Shown: in pieces, positions 39,212-52,154 of the stretch
Position numbering within the stretch: position 1 is the stretch's first letter
Layout: the number at the start of each line of letters is the position of its first letter
Source: Camelus ferus
Lineage: Eukaryota
Direction of reading: 5' to 3'
DNA: 64,000 nt
NCBI RefSeq assembly: GCF_009834535.1
Contig: NC_045697.1
Location: 115,570,001 to 115,634,000, forward strand
The notes under the pieces: generated by a model
Databases searched by the model: none
Told to the model about the DNA's origin: nothing
Seen by the model: the letters and a program-made list of their open reading frames with translations, nothing else
Position numbers and translations under genes: made by a program

Positions 39212-39812
39212 CTGTGGCATCCCTAACTGTAGTCCAGGGCCCCCAACACAACTTTTAGGTCAATGTTCCTCTAGAAGAACTCAGAACTCAGAAAAGCTGT
39301 TGTGCTCAGGGTTATGGTTTAGTACTGCGAAAGAACGAAGATTAAAATCAGCGAAGACAAAAGGCAGACAGGGCAGAGTCTAGAAAATCCCAGTCACAGT
39401 TTCCGAGTATCTTCTCCCAGGGGAGTCTAATGGACAAGCACTCAATTCTCCCGTCAACAGTGTGTGAAAACTCGCAGGCAATAGTTAGTCAGAAAAGCGC
39501 TCAAGAGACTTTGTGTCTAGGGATTTTATTGGGTATGGGTCATGTATGCTTGGAAAGCCCCCATGACTGATCTTAGTTTCTCAGTCTTAAGATCCTCCAG
39601 TGGACAAATTAGTACCATGTGGCCCAAAGCCCCCAAAATAAATCACATTGCTAGCATAAACTCTCCGGCATGGTCCAAAGACCCAGGTAAACAAAAAACA
39701 CTCTTATCAGGCAGGAAATTCCAGGAGCTTAAAAGTCATCTCCCAAAAGGGTCAAAACTTTTTTGGAATGTGAAAGGTTTGGGTAATTCAGACCTGCTAA
39801 AATAATCCCTAC
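39212..39812 (-). mobile_element. MER21-like (ERVL) solo LTR
   Basis: ctagaagaactcagaactcagaaaagctgttgtgctcagggttatggttta...gattaaaatcagc...cagggcagagtc; AATAAA on the minus strand (ttttattggg); cccaaagccccc...ataaatcacattg. Confidence 0.8.
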
Positions 39813-40464
39813 CTTAAGTTAGCGTCCCTATTCAATCATTTTTTTCAAGATCTCTCTTTTCAAGGTCACTCTAATTACAAATGCCACATTGTCAGAGATT
39901 ATAAACAATTTTCCATCTTTGTATGACAGAAGTGTGTAGAAGTTTCAAGTACTGGCAAATGAGTAATTGAAGAGACAGAAAATAAGAAATAATTTGAACA
40001 GGGTAAGGGAAATATAGAATGGGGTCATTTTAGTTTAAGTGACTTTTTGCTGGGATAATAAGCATTTTTATTTCTGAATCTAGCATCTCCTAACTCCATT
40101 ACATTTCTCTAAGTTCTGCTTGAATCCTGAATATTTCCTTTCTGATCATTTCTCTATACACATATCCTATCAGGCATGGCTAAAAGTAACCATTTGACAC
40201 TTTTAACCTTCTGCCTGAGCATCTCCTTAGACAAATCTACCATTTTAATAGGTATATTTTATGTTTTCAATATTACAACTGTTTTGCAAAAACTTTCAGC
40301 TACTACATAATATGGACCCCCATATGCAGTTACAAAACCTCACTATTTTCCATCGTTTGTTAAGAGTTTCCTTGAGATACAACCTCTACTCTCTTCCTAA
40401 TCCCAAACAAAGACAAATGTTCCAGTTTTTGTTACAGCAGTGCTTAAACTTTGGGTGCTAATTT

Positions 40465-41372
40465 CTGCCTGGATTAGCTTTTGCAGCATTACAGGCCAGC
40501 CCAAGATTTAGTGGCCTAAAATGACACAACATTATCCCTCAGGGTTCTGTGAGTTGACTGCAGTTAGCTGAGTGGTTCAAACTCGGAATTTCTTATGAGG
40601 TTTTAGTAAGACAGCAGATGGAACCTCAGTCATGCAAAGTGTGACTGGCTCAGTGCCTAAGATTGCTCACTCACGACTGAGTAGGCTAAGCAGTGCTGGC
40701 TAGGAGACGGAAGGTCATTTAGGGCTGAGTCATGGACTGAATGTTTGCATCTCCTAAAATTTGTATGTAGAAGCCCCAGCTCCTAATTTGATGGCGTTTG
40801 GAAATGGGGCCTTTGGGAAGTAATTACAGTTAGATGAGTTCATAAAGGTGGGGCCCTGATCTGGTCCCTCATAAGAAGAGACACCAGACAGCTTTCTCTC
40901 TCTCCACCTTGTGAGAACACAGGGAGAAGAAGGTTATTTGCAAGCCTGGAAGAAGGCTTTTGCCAGATCCTGATGATGCTGGTGCCCTGAACTTACACTT
41001 CAAGCTTCCAGAGCAGTGAGAAAATACAGTTTTCTTTTGTTCAAACCACCCAGTATATGGCATTTTGTTATGGCAGCCTGGATGGACTAATAACAGGCTG
41101 CCGCCTGGAACATCTATGCAGGGACCATCCATGAACTTGGACTCTTGGGCTCCTCATAGCATGGCTTCTGAGCTCCCCGAGGGAGCATCCCAAGAGCAGT
41201 TGTCCCAGGAGGCTCAGGGAGAAACTAGAAGGCTTCTAGTGACCTAGTCACAGAAGTCCTGTCCCAGATTCATGAGTGGAAGTGGCAAATCGACCCCACC
41301 TGTTGATGCGAGGAGACATATGTGCTTAGAGAAAAGAAATTGTTAGCAGCCATCTTGGAAACCATTGACCAC
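40465..41372 (-). mobile_element. Old MLT1 (F/G/H/J-like) LTR, split by a nested MLT1A
   Basis: ttagtggcctaaaa...ggttctgtgagttgactg...cctcatagcatggc...gcagccatcttggaaa. Confidence 0.72.
40728..41095 (+). mobile_element. MLT1A-like solo LTR with 5-bp TSD
   Basis: catggactgaatgtttg...ggggcctttgggaagtaatta...ataagaagagacacc...ccacccagtatatggcattttgttatggcagcc...actaataaca. TSD ggctg at 40723-40727 and 41096-41100. Confidence 0.9.
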
Positions 41373-41889
41373 GCTTGGCACTTGAGATGTGTGAATTTAT
41401 TCTTCTTCCTTCTCTGGTCCTCAGGGATCGAATTCAGATGAATCTGGGTCACTTTGTGATCAGGTCCATGAGGTCCATGCAGTGGTGTCCTTGTGAGATC
41501 AGGCAATGGTAAATCTTGATTGAGAGTAAAGAATCAGGCACAGCAGACTTTTCTTTTGGATAATGAACCCAAGAACAATTTTTTTAAGTTAGGTGTCACA
41601 GTCATTATCTAGTTAAGTTTTAAGGCATTTAGTGTTATAATGTCATCTGTGGACTTTAATTCCCTTTGTGGTTTAAAAATGTCAGGGGGCCAGAGGATGT
41701 GTCAGTGCCTTCTCATGCTATAATTTTACTTTTATCCTAGAGCACTCATCTGTAAATACTAATTCTAAAAATAAGAGCTAAAAAGAAAGAAAAAAAACCC
41801 CTAAACTGACCAACCAACAAACAAAAACCTTCTATTTTGAAAAAATGTTCCCTTATACCATTTAATTGTTATTCTAAAATGTAAATTCA

Positions 41890-42306
41890 ACCATTAAAAG
41901 AGTGACAGCAATTGAGGGAAGATTAGCCGGTTAGAACAAAGATGGCAGAAGATTTGACTTCCAGTAGACTTTGAACCTCATGGCACACCTGCAGGCACCA
42001 TGACAGTTCCCACACTGACCATCAAAGGTCAGAAAATGGGTGGGGGCCCAATTCCTGGAAATCCCCACCCCTTCCCCAAAATAGTTGGAATAATCTTCCT
42101 ACTCATTAGCATATGATATTACTCAGCCCCTAAAAACTAACCACCGCCACACCTCCTGGCTACTCTCCCTTCTGGGTGAGATGGACTGCATTCTGTCTAT
42201 GGAACGTGTGTCTCCTAGGGCCACCTCTCCTGCCTTCTGAGATTGTCCACATTCTGTCTATGAGGTGTGCACCTCCCTGAATAAATCTACTTTCACTTTC
42301 AAAAAA
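41890..42306 (+). mobile_element. ERV1-type LTR (MER41-like), U3-R portion
   Basis: ccatgacagttcc...aattcctggaaatccccaccccttcccc...ggaataatc...cattagcatat; TATA-like cctaaaaa; ~60-bp internal duplication (attctgtctatg twice); AATAAA at ~42280 then an A-run. Confidence 0.7.
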
Positions 42307-42939
42307 TCATAAAATAAAATATAAATTGCATTTCCATTCATAATTTTCAAGAAAAGGATTAAGCTACAGATCTCTCTCATTATTAGTGGGATTATAGAAG
42401 GCCGAACTAAATTTTATTTGCTGAAGGAAGCGTTCTTATCTAGGGGATGCTCACTTGTGTAGGATATTTTACAGTAAATGAAGCAAGAATCTGTGGATAA
42501 TGGTTCCCTGGAAAATGTTCTGTGTGCACTGTAACTATCTGAGCACAGGATGCAGATGTTTCTTGATTGAAATGGCTCTTTCCTGTGTAAACAGTGTACC
42601 ATGTACATCACATGTTACTCTAAGCCAGAACATGTCTTTAAGGAGAGATAGGAACTATAAATCTGTATTGACAGCCACAGATCTCGCCCTTCTAAGCTGT
42701 GCCTCATAATTACAAAGCACTTTTATCAGCGTATTCTTTGTGGACTTCTGACCCTTCCTGATGGGTCAGAGAATCTATCTTGATTAATTGACCCCAAGAG
42801 TAGAACTTTGGAAACAAGTTCATTTTTAGAGGAATTGTGTTTTTTAAAGTAAGCAATTAAGTATTATTTTATTTAGGCTAACAAGTGTTTTATTTTTAAT
42901 GTCTAAACTAATTATTCCCAGCATAGTTTTAAATGATGG

Positions 42940-43175
42940 TCTTGTGCAGTGGGTAACAGCTGCCTTATGGAATTAGAATCTGAATCTCTCCCAAGTCACT
43001 TGCACTCTGCATGAACCAGAGAATTAACCTTTAGTCGTGTTTTCTCATCTCCAAAATGAGCATTCTGAGGGCGCATTGTGCACAGGATTTTATTGGATCT
43101 TAAATGAGAGCTTATACATAAAGCATGTAGCATGTTGCTTAGTACATGGTAAGTATTGATTACCTGTTAGTTATT
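42940..43175 (+). mobile_element. MIR
   Basis: gttttctcatctccaaaatgag...ggatcttaaatgag...taaagcatgtagca...tagtacatggtaagtatt. Confidence 0.7.
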
Positions 43176-43342
43176 GTTCATCTGTAGCATATTAATAACC
43201 AAGGAAATTTCAAAAATGTATTATTAAAATATCTACCAATATATAAATATGAGCTGTAAGTGCTGGATTCACTATTGTCCATTTGTTGGAATATTTGTCA
43301 AAGGTCCCCCCTGTGAGCTGGTCAATTATTGTTACTTACTGA

Positions 43343-43343
<1 letters not shown>

Positions 43344-43390
<47 letters not shown>
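43344..43390. repeat. (TG)n microsatellite
   Basis: Uninterrupted run of about 23 TG units. Confidence 0.97.
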
Positions 43391-43391
<1 letters not shown>

Positions 43392-43844
43392 AAAGAGAGA
43401 AAGATCGTGTCTCCGATGCACAGAATTTTAGCAAAGTCATTTTCATCAAACGTAGAGCTTTTGATATGAAACATACAGTACATCCCATCGTACACTGTTA
43501 AGGCTCTCGGATCTTCCTGACACAGGAAAGAACTGATTGTCGGCATCCGCGTTATAGTCACAGCCAAGTTTATGACTGCTTGAAACTTCTTTCATTGAAA
43601 TGAGGATTTAAGATCAAATGATTTGCCACAATTAAGGGTAAATAAATTTTCCAGGGTAGTTCTTTTATGACTAAATTATTTTGTCTAGAGTAAGAAATGT
43701 GCTGACTGAAAGTAAAAGCCTCATTTTTAAATTTAACTATCCGGAGGGTGTTGTATCTGTACTAGTAAATATTTTACTGTCATTCAAAAGTAACTGAAGG
43801 GAATTTTTTCCTAAATACAAAAATACGTATTTTAAAAAGTCTTA

Positions 43845-44031
43845 CAACAAGTTTATACTGTATAGCACAGGGAACTATGTTCAATATCTTGTAGTAACTT
43901 ATAGTTAAAAAGAATGTGAAAATGAATATAAAAACGAATATATGCATGTTCCTATGTGACTGAAGCACTGTGCTGCACACGAGAAATTGACACACTGTAA
44001 ACTGAATACACTTCAATAAAAATACATTAAA
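43845..44031 (+). mobile_element. Short L1 3'UTR insertion
   Basis: tactgtatagcacagggaactatgttcaatatcttgtagtaac...cttcaataaa. TSD aaaaagtctta / aaaaaatctta. Confidence 0.85.
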
Positions 44032-44334
44032 AAAAATCTTATGCCAGATGCTTTTTGTATTAAAGCCAGCCTCCCTTTCACATTTGCATTCATTGAAATT
44101 TAAAATTTTTAAATTATTAAAGTAATTAATATTAGGTATAAATCATTTACTTCCACGGACATGATTAAAACCATGTCATACAGTTTTCAGTATCTTTCTC
44201 TCTCCCTCTTAATTTATTTATAATGGCACTTTGTGTTTGCTTTTATTTTTCCCTGCTCTGAATTGAGCAGAAGAAACAGTACTCTGGACAATAAGGTAAT
44301 TGCACTCACAGAGACTGGACAGTAGCAAATACTG

Positions 44335-45245
44335 GGAAGACTGTTATGCAGTAAACTCCTAACTGGTCTCTCTGCTTCCATTCTTGGCTCTTCAATCAAT
44401 TTTCAACACAATAGTCAGAGTAATCTTATAAAAACAAAAGTGAGGTCTTGTCACTAATATGACCCATCCAAATAACTTTTCATCTCAAAGTAGGAGACAA
44501 AGTTACCACCATGGCCTAAGGCTGCCACCCACCTCCTGCTCCATGACTTTTCTGTTTTCATCTCCTACTGTTGTTTCCCAAACTCACTCCACTCCAGCTA
44601 CACTGGCTTCTTTTTCATTTAATTCACCAAGTACACTCTCACATCACTGCCTTTGCACCTGCTGGTCCCTCTGCCTGAAATGTTTTCCTTCCTTCACTCA
44701 TTCAATTTCTCATTAAGTACCTTTATCACTTTTTTTTTTATGTGATAAGCACTGTCTAGGAACTAGGAATACAACAGTGAACAAAACATCAAAAAAAAAT
44801 CAGTCTTCATGGAGATTATAGTTAATGAGGTCAGTGAAAACGAAAAATACATATATTTAGAGAATTGTAAATACTAAGGAGAAAAAATAAAGAAGGAATG
44901 GAAAGCAGAAAATACAGGGAGTGAGAAGGACACGGAGAAACGTGAGACAGAGTGATCAACTTCTACAAGTGACATAAATGTTACAATTTCAGTGAAGCCT
45001 TCTGCATTATTTAATATTGCAAAACTGCCTCCCTGACAAAAACTTTTAATACCTGTTCCTGAATTCTTTTTCTCTATAACAACATATTTTAGTTATTTAT
45101 TTTGTCCATTTTCTGACTCTAGTTACTAAAATGTAACCTCTGCTTGGAGGGATTTTTGACTATTTTATTCACCTTTGTATAACTACAGTCCAGAACCATG
45201 AATAGCACATGGTGGGTATTCAATAGATCCTTGTGAATAGATGAA
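44335..45245 (+). mobile_element. L2 3' region with an oppositely oriented L2 fragment inside (~44700-44960)
   Basis: ctcctaactggtctctctgcttcc...ccactccagctacactggct...tttgcacctgctggtccctctgcctgaaatg...agcacatggtgggtattcaata...tgaatagatgaa. Confidence 0.75.
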
Positions 45246-46159
45246 GGACCAGAGTAAGGAAATATTATGATAGCAGTTGAGGAGCAGAATGGCAACATTA
45301 GACCACCTAGGCCAACAGGGTTGAGGACAGTAAGTGAAAAACAATTAATAGGAAAAGTTAACACAATGGACAATATGGCACCAAGGCCATACCATGATGG
45401 AGATGGCAAAGCCCATAGAGAGCCAGATCTGGACTGCAACAGGGGGATCCATGGCTCACTGGGCGTGAAGTGCCCTCTCTCCCTCTTTTTTTATCCACCG
45501 TGCTCTGAAGTTCTTTTTCCCCACTGTATTCCAGGAATACCCATAGTAAGCAAACACTACAGGGACTTAAAATATTCAAGAGTTATTTGCACCTTTTGCC
45601 TGTGACACACTTGGAACAGGCACAGTGGACACACAGTCCTAACAATTAAAATGCATGAAGAGCAGTATGGTCTTTCCTGAAGTCTTCCTAGGTCTCATTG
45701 CAGAGGCAATGTTCCTGGCCAAGTCACAGAGATACCCACTTCTATTTTAATGTAGTCTGAGTCTTCATATGTCTTGAAAGGAAGACATATGTCAAATCAG
45801 GGACTAAAACTTAGATTTTTGTGTCCTTTAGGTATTCATTCCTTATTCCATTGGCTCCTTAAAATTTAGTGAAAATGCTGTACAACCAGGGCATTTCATG
45901 TGAGTATCTTAAGACTCTTACTGTTATTCTAATAATTAATTAAAATATTATTGCTTTCCATATGTAAAATAATTTAAACATTCTCAAACATATTCAAATA
46001 ATATTTGTGCAGTAGTGTTCACTCAGGAAAGATTGATTAAGCATTTGAAATGCTTAAAGAACCAAAATACATTCAGAATTCCCTGAAAACTAAAATGACT
46101 TTCAATTTTTTTTTCTCATTTTATAAAAATATACATGAGACATTGAGGCAAACCACACT

Positions 46160-46722
46160 GTGCTTCATTGTTATGAGCTTTGCATCACAACTACTTTTTG
46201 TTTGGTCTCCTCTGCACAGCCCAGAGGAGATGCCAGAAACTGCATTCCCCAGAGTTTTTTTCTCTGTGTGGTTCCAGGGTGGAGCCTATCAAAAAGAGAA
46301 ACGAGATTTGGAAAGAGTAAGAGCAGAAGAAGCCATTATTCTCCAGGGGAAGTTGCTGGCAGATGAATGGGCAGGCATGATATATGAAACGACTTTCAGC
46401 TCAGCTTCTTGAAAATCACATCCAGGTGGCAGCCTGAGATAGTATTTCCTCCTTTCATGCCTCCCACCTCTTTCAGTGGTGATGGAAACCTAATTCCTGT
46501 ATTAAGACTCTTCATCCTTGGGGGGAGAGGTACAGCTCAGTGGTAGAGCACATGCTTAGCATGCATGAGGTCCTGGGTTCAATCCCCAATATCTCCATTC
46601 AAATAAATAAATAAATAAAAATTAATAAACTTAATTATTTCCCTACCAAAAATTAAAAAAAAAAAAAACCTTCATACTTAGACAGTAATTTTTGTTTCCC
46701 TGACTGAAACCTAACTAAAATA
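46160..46722 (+). mobile_element. LTR33-like (ERVL) solo LTR, interrupted by a SINE
   Basis: ccagaaactgcattcccagag...gtggttccagggt...gagatttggaaag...aattcctgtattaa[SINE]...tttgtttccctgactgaaacctaactaaaata. Confidence 0.65.
46520..46668 (+). mobile_element. tRNA-derived SINE (camelid Vic-1-like), full length
   Basis: A-box tacagctcagtggtagagc, B-box gggttcaatccc, (aaat)n plus poly-A tail. TSD cttcatcctt / cttcatactt. Confidence 0.93.
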
Positions 46723-46989
46723 AATTATTCAAATATTTATGTATTTATTAAAGTATTTATGTATTTATTTATCTGTAAACCTAAAGGTAATTCTGAGGGA
46801 AAAAAATCTTCTAGCACTAAATCCTATGTTTGCTTGTTACGGTGTTACTTACCAATAACAACGTACATAGCAATAAAATATTTAATAAAATGCTTTGTTA
46901 ACAAAAATGTCATTAATTCTTAAGCTCCAGTCAGATACAATGAATTTAAATATATTAAAAATTTACAAACATGAAATTAAGAGGCCCAT

Positions 46990-49260
46990 GATTACACTTT
47001 CCCTCCTGCTCTAAATAAGAATAAAGCTGGACAAAATACATGTGACAAGTGTTTTTAGGGCCGAGAAAACAAGCAGCATATAAATGTGATTCTTGAGAGA
47101 AAGGAAATTCACAAGATTAGACTTGTTAGAGCTGTTTTTCCAGGCTTTCTGCCAGGGGCACTGTCTATATCCCAAAGACGTGGAATTCAAATAAAACAAG
47201 TCAGCTCACTGAGCTAAAAATAATAAGACAGAAGTTAGTGCTCAGACTACGAAGGCGGCTAAAATTCGTGGAGAAGAGTGCCAATAGAAGGCACGTGTAA
47301 GAAGAGGATGCTCAGAGCACTGGAAGGTGTTCCTCACAAGTTTGTGACCAAGACCTGGGCTGTGCAAGCCCTTTGTCAAGATTTGTTACTATAGGAGGTG
47401 ATGAATATTAACTAAATTCATTGTGGTGACCATTTCACCATACATACATATAAAATATCATTATGTTGTACACCTTAAACTTATACGGTGTTAAATGTCA
47501 ATTACATCTCAGTAAAACTGAGGGAAAAAATTAAAAATAAAGACTATTTGGCTAGCTAGAACTGATACCAATCACAGATGGCAGAAGAGAGATTATCTGC
47601 CCTGCGGGATGCTTAGAAACTTTGCAGTGACTCTCAGTCACGTAGTTGAGACCCCAAAAAAGACGATGGGTGCCTAAGGAGAGGAGTAACAACCCTATCA
47701 CCTAAAATAAGAGCCATACTTTGTGACTAAAGACAAAACTGACAACAACAGCAACAACAACAACAAAACAACACAAACACAGAGAAGAAAAACCAAAAAA
47801 GAGGCCAAGACTGACACAGTTAAATAGATCCACCAGTCACTTAACTACTTTCCAGGAAAAAAAAAAATTAAAGAAAGAAAAACAATTAGAAGGATCACTA
47901 TTTAATCCAGACTCATTATAATAAGACAATATTATGGTTATGCATGCATACAGCTAACAATATAGCTTTAAAATATATTTAAAATATTTTTAGAACTATG
48001 GAAAAATAACTGAAAGAACAAATATAGTAGATGATTTTGACACTATGTTCAGGAAATGACATATGAGGCATACAAAGAATAAGCAAAAATATACAATATT
48101 TGGAAGCCATAGTTGATATAAAATTAGCAGCTTGGAAGCAAAAAATATGCTGATTATTTTGGTACAAACAACATTTATTTAAAAATCGACTAAAAGTGGC
48201 TCACAAAGGATTCCTTACTAAGCTCCAGAAAGCCAACATTCTATATTCTTTAACCGTAATGCAATAATACTGTCTATTAACAAATGAACAGTAAAATCAA
48301 AAAACAAAATAAAATTTATTTACTAATCCTAAAACATAATAGTAAGTGACTCATGAATTTAAAATGGCATAAAATAAAATTTGTGTTACTAACAAAAGTC
48401 TTTCAGTAACTAAAAATAAACAGAAAGGAAAATGTAAGGATTATTGTACCCACCTCTACACGTTTGTTACTTTATCAAAATTGTAAAAAAAAAAAAGTGA
48501 ACTAAACAAATTCATTAAAATTTATACATTAGAATAAATCTCAACAAATAGCTATCTTTTAAAAAATAATGCAGATATAAATTAACACAATTAGATACCT
48601 AAAGTATATTGAAGATCACTAAAATAAATACAATATGATATTACAGCAAAAACAAAAGTTGAATTCTCAGGAACAGTTCTGTTTATAAGCAAACTTGATA
48701 GATCTTTACAATGCCACATACCTCAGTAGGGAAAAGGATACAATCTTTAGTAAATGACATTGCAAAATTTTACTAATATTGAAAAATTAAAGTTGGATTC
48801 CTCACATCATAAGGCTGTGAACTCCACATGTATTATAAGCTCTAAATATAAAAGGTAAAATGCTAAAAGCAAAAAAGATAATGTAGGAGAATTTTGTATA
48901 TTTGTGACTTGTTGGGGTGGATAAGGATTTCATGAACACTAAATGAGATGAAAATATTTTTCTGTATATAGCTATGTCAAAATGAAAAGATTTCTGATCA
49001 GCAACACACGTAGTAGATAAATAAATAGATGACAGACTGAGAATTGATATTTGCTATATCTGAAATCAATAAGGAATAAACACCTTGTAATCAAAGAATG
49101 CAAATTAATACAAGAAAGCCTTATGTCTACATGAGTGAGTTTGGCAGAAATTAGAATTGCACATAATACCAAACTTCCCAGGCTGCAAGGGATGGGGGAC
49201 TTTCATGAACCAATGGGAGTGGAAACTGGCAGCCATTTTGAAAGTAACCTCGTAATTAAA
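46990..49260 (+). mobile_element. Fragmented ancient L1 (5'UTR and ORF2 pieces) with an L1MB-like 3' end at ~47395-47540
   Basis: A-rich L1-like tracts; ttgtggtgaccatttcacc...tgttgtacaccttaaacttatac...tgtcaattacatctcagtaaaactg. Confidence 0.6.
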
Positions 49261-49370
49261 AAAAAAAAAAAAAAAGAAGAACAAGCAAAAAGCCCAAAAC
49301 CAGAATGAGAACCATGTGTAAATTAAAGTGCAATGTCACAATATCATCTGTGCCAATTAAAATACAATGA

Positions 49371-49546
49371 GATAAACACTAGGTTTCTACTGTATAGCAC
49401 AGGGAACTATATTCAATATTTTGTAGTAACCTATAATGAAAAAGAATATGAATACGTATCTATGTATGTACATGTGTGACTGAAGCATTGTGCTGTACAC
49501 CAGAAACTGACACAGCATTGTAACTGACTATACTTCAATAAAAAAA
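49371..49546 (+). mobile_element. Short L1 3'UTR insertion
   Basis: tactgtatagcacagggaactatattcaata...taactgactatacttcaataaaaaaa. TSD taaaatacaatga / taaaatgccatga. Confidence 0.85.
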
Positions 49547-52154
49547 TAAAATGCCATGAAACAACAAAAGCATTACTGTACATTTTATAAGATCACATGC
49601 ATGCACAGACACACGTACACACACACACACAGAGGTAATAAATTAAATCATAAATCTGAGAACCTGTTCAGGAATGGAGAAGAGAAGTGACAGCAGGTGA
49701 TTAAGGGGGAAATAAAAAGAAAAAGAAAAGAAAACTAAGAGAACACTTGCGATGATAATGATAAGACTGTTTCATAACCTGAATAGTATAATGCTCCTTA
49801 GTAGTAAGATGCCTCCAACATTCAAAAAAATAAAAAAGAAATGAGAGAAGAAAATTCAATGTATAGCTTATTCGAACACACATAAACACATTTATCAGCT
49901 CTTAATCATCTCTTGCCTCTGTATATGTCAGTTTCAATTTGTGATCACTTTAAAAATAATATCAATCTAACAGACTTACAATTGGTCCGGAGAGCATTGG
50001 ATAGTACGTATTCTACAGAGTCTAGAAGATTTATTATGACTACGGGAAATTCAGTGTGCTTTCTGCTACTGGTTCATTTTTCCTCTTTGTAAAAATAATC
50101 AAATAATTACTCATATGGGTATCAAACTATTTAAGAACACCAAAGGTGTTTGTAACTCACAAACAATAATAAAAATATTTAAAAATTCTACCAAACACAG
50201 CAACTATACAGTGGTTTTAAGTTAAATCCTACAAATCGGCTGCAACATTTAAAATCATTCGCACATTGGTAGGAATAACATTTATGGTGTTAACTGTCTT
50301 GACTTTGAATCGTCATTTGCTGTCAAACTGTTAAATTTATAATATAAATTAGAGGCAATAGTCCACACAAGAAGGGCCTTTTGTTATTTAATGGAGCCCT
50401 TAGATTCCAAAGAGCAAAGAACTCCACAATGTCGAATACTGTCTATAAGCAATTGGAATATAAGCAATAGGAATACTCTTGTAGAAGCTGAGAACCTCAC
50501 AGTAGTTTCCTCTTTGTCTCTGACAAATAAGTATCATAAATGAGCTCCTTGGTCATGCTAAGTGGTTGTTATTTTCCGCTAAAAATATTACATTTCTTAT
50601 TATAGCCTTTTTCATTTTGACCAAGTGTGTTATTTTCACTCTGTCTCAAAAACTGTAATATGCAACATCAGAAAGTTTTCAGGCTATTTAGAAGATGAGA
50701 TTTATACGAAGCTACGAAAGATTTAGTAATAACAGAACTTTGTTGGATTCTAAATTGACTTTTCCCAGTTAGTCTAATTTTTTTTTAATTAGTGATGGAG
50801 AAAGAACCATAATGGAACGCATCCGCATTGAATTTTTAAATATCCCTTCACTTTTACTTCCCTCTTGCTTGGGCACTTCATAAATATTTGTTATCAATAA
50901 TGGTGACCGAGCATTTTCAGAAAATTTTAGCTTCCTTTCCTTTTCCTTTTCTTTTCTATTTTTTAAAACATTCACTTTCCATTTTGGTGCTTAGGTTTCT
51001 GTAGTACTATATCATCATATTCACCACTCGCTTTTCTAGTTTTTCCCCATTTTCCAGAATTATGTTTTCCTAAAATCATATTTCATATTAGAGAATGAAA
51101 AACTCATCAGTTTGACTCATCTAAAGTTAACTACCTAATGTAGGATGCCAAAGGCTTGATTTATAAAGAACTTTTACTTGCAGAAAAAGGTCTGATTAGT
51201 TCATAATAATAGTCTTTGCAGCAAGAAGTTATAAACATTTATTAATTTACAAAACACCTGGACCTAATCTTTTATAACAATACTCCATCAAAGCAAAAAC
51301 ATAAAAAAAAAAAAAAGATAAAGGCTGAATCATGACCTACATAGTTTATCTCCACGAGACTAGATGGTATATTGAATGCTAAACTGCTTGAGCTCAGCTG
51401 TTCCAGGGCCACTTACAGCCAAGGTCAGCATGACAGGGTCAAGCTGTTGAAGGTGTGGGGAGGTTGGGAAAGCAGAAGGGATAAGAAGTCGAATTTCTGA
51501 TAAAAGACTGACATTTCACTAATAGATCATCAGTCCTTACAAGAATCAAATTAATAAGAGAGAACTGAACCAGGAAGAGTTAGCAGATCAGAGCCGGAGT
51601 GTAGATCAGAAGCCAAATATTACTATCATTTTTTCACCTTTTCATACTTTTAGAATTTAATACTATTATTACTGAATAAAAACTTCTGTACATCATAACA
51701 AAAGGGATACTGGGCAATAGGCTTTGTTTCATGGATACATGATAAATTCATGATTGAATATATTAACTTGAAGTCATTTTATATGAATTTCTATACCTAT
51801 CTTATCCTCAATAGATTTACTGTGAATTTATTTCCAAAATATCAATGCAAAATGGAGTTATGAACAATTCAAAAATAGGAATAACATGGGCTTTGCCTCA
51901 CATACAATACGTATTCCAGCAGTTTGTGTTTATCTGAAGATACTGATTTGACTGTTTATTGGAACAAGGATGCATCGAAATATCTTGCATTTTAATTTCA
52001 TATAATATGCCTCTCCCAATCATGTATAAAAAATCTAAATAAATATGACTTTTTTTTAATTTATACCCAGCATGTTTTATGTTTAAAAAATTAACTTACA
52101 CAGAATTTATTTGAAGTTGACTCTTTTCAAAATTGCAATGAATATAGAGGAAAA

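Noticed and set aside
45766..45791. 10-bp hairpin catatgtctt...aagacatatg
   Set aside because: Short and AT-rich; too weak to distinguish from chance.
46050..46412. 120-aa plus-strand ORF
   Set aside because: Runs through an LTR33-like element; chance ORF.
46520..46590. tRNA-like A and B boxes
   Set aside because: SINE head with AT-rich tail and TSD, not a tRNA gene. The same applies to the other three copies.
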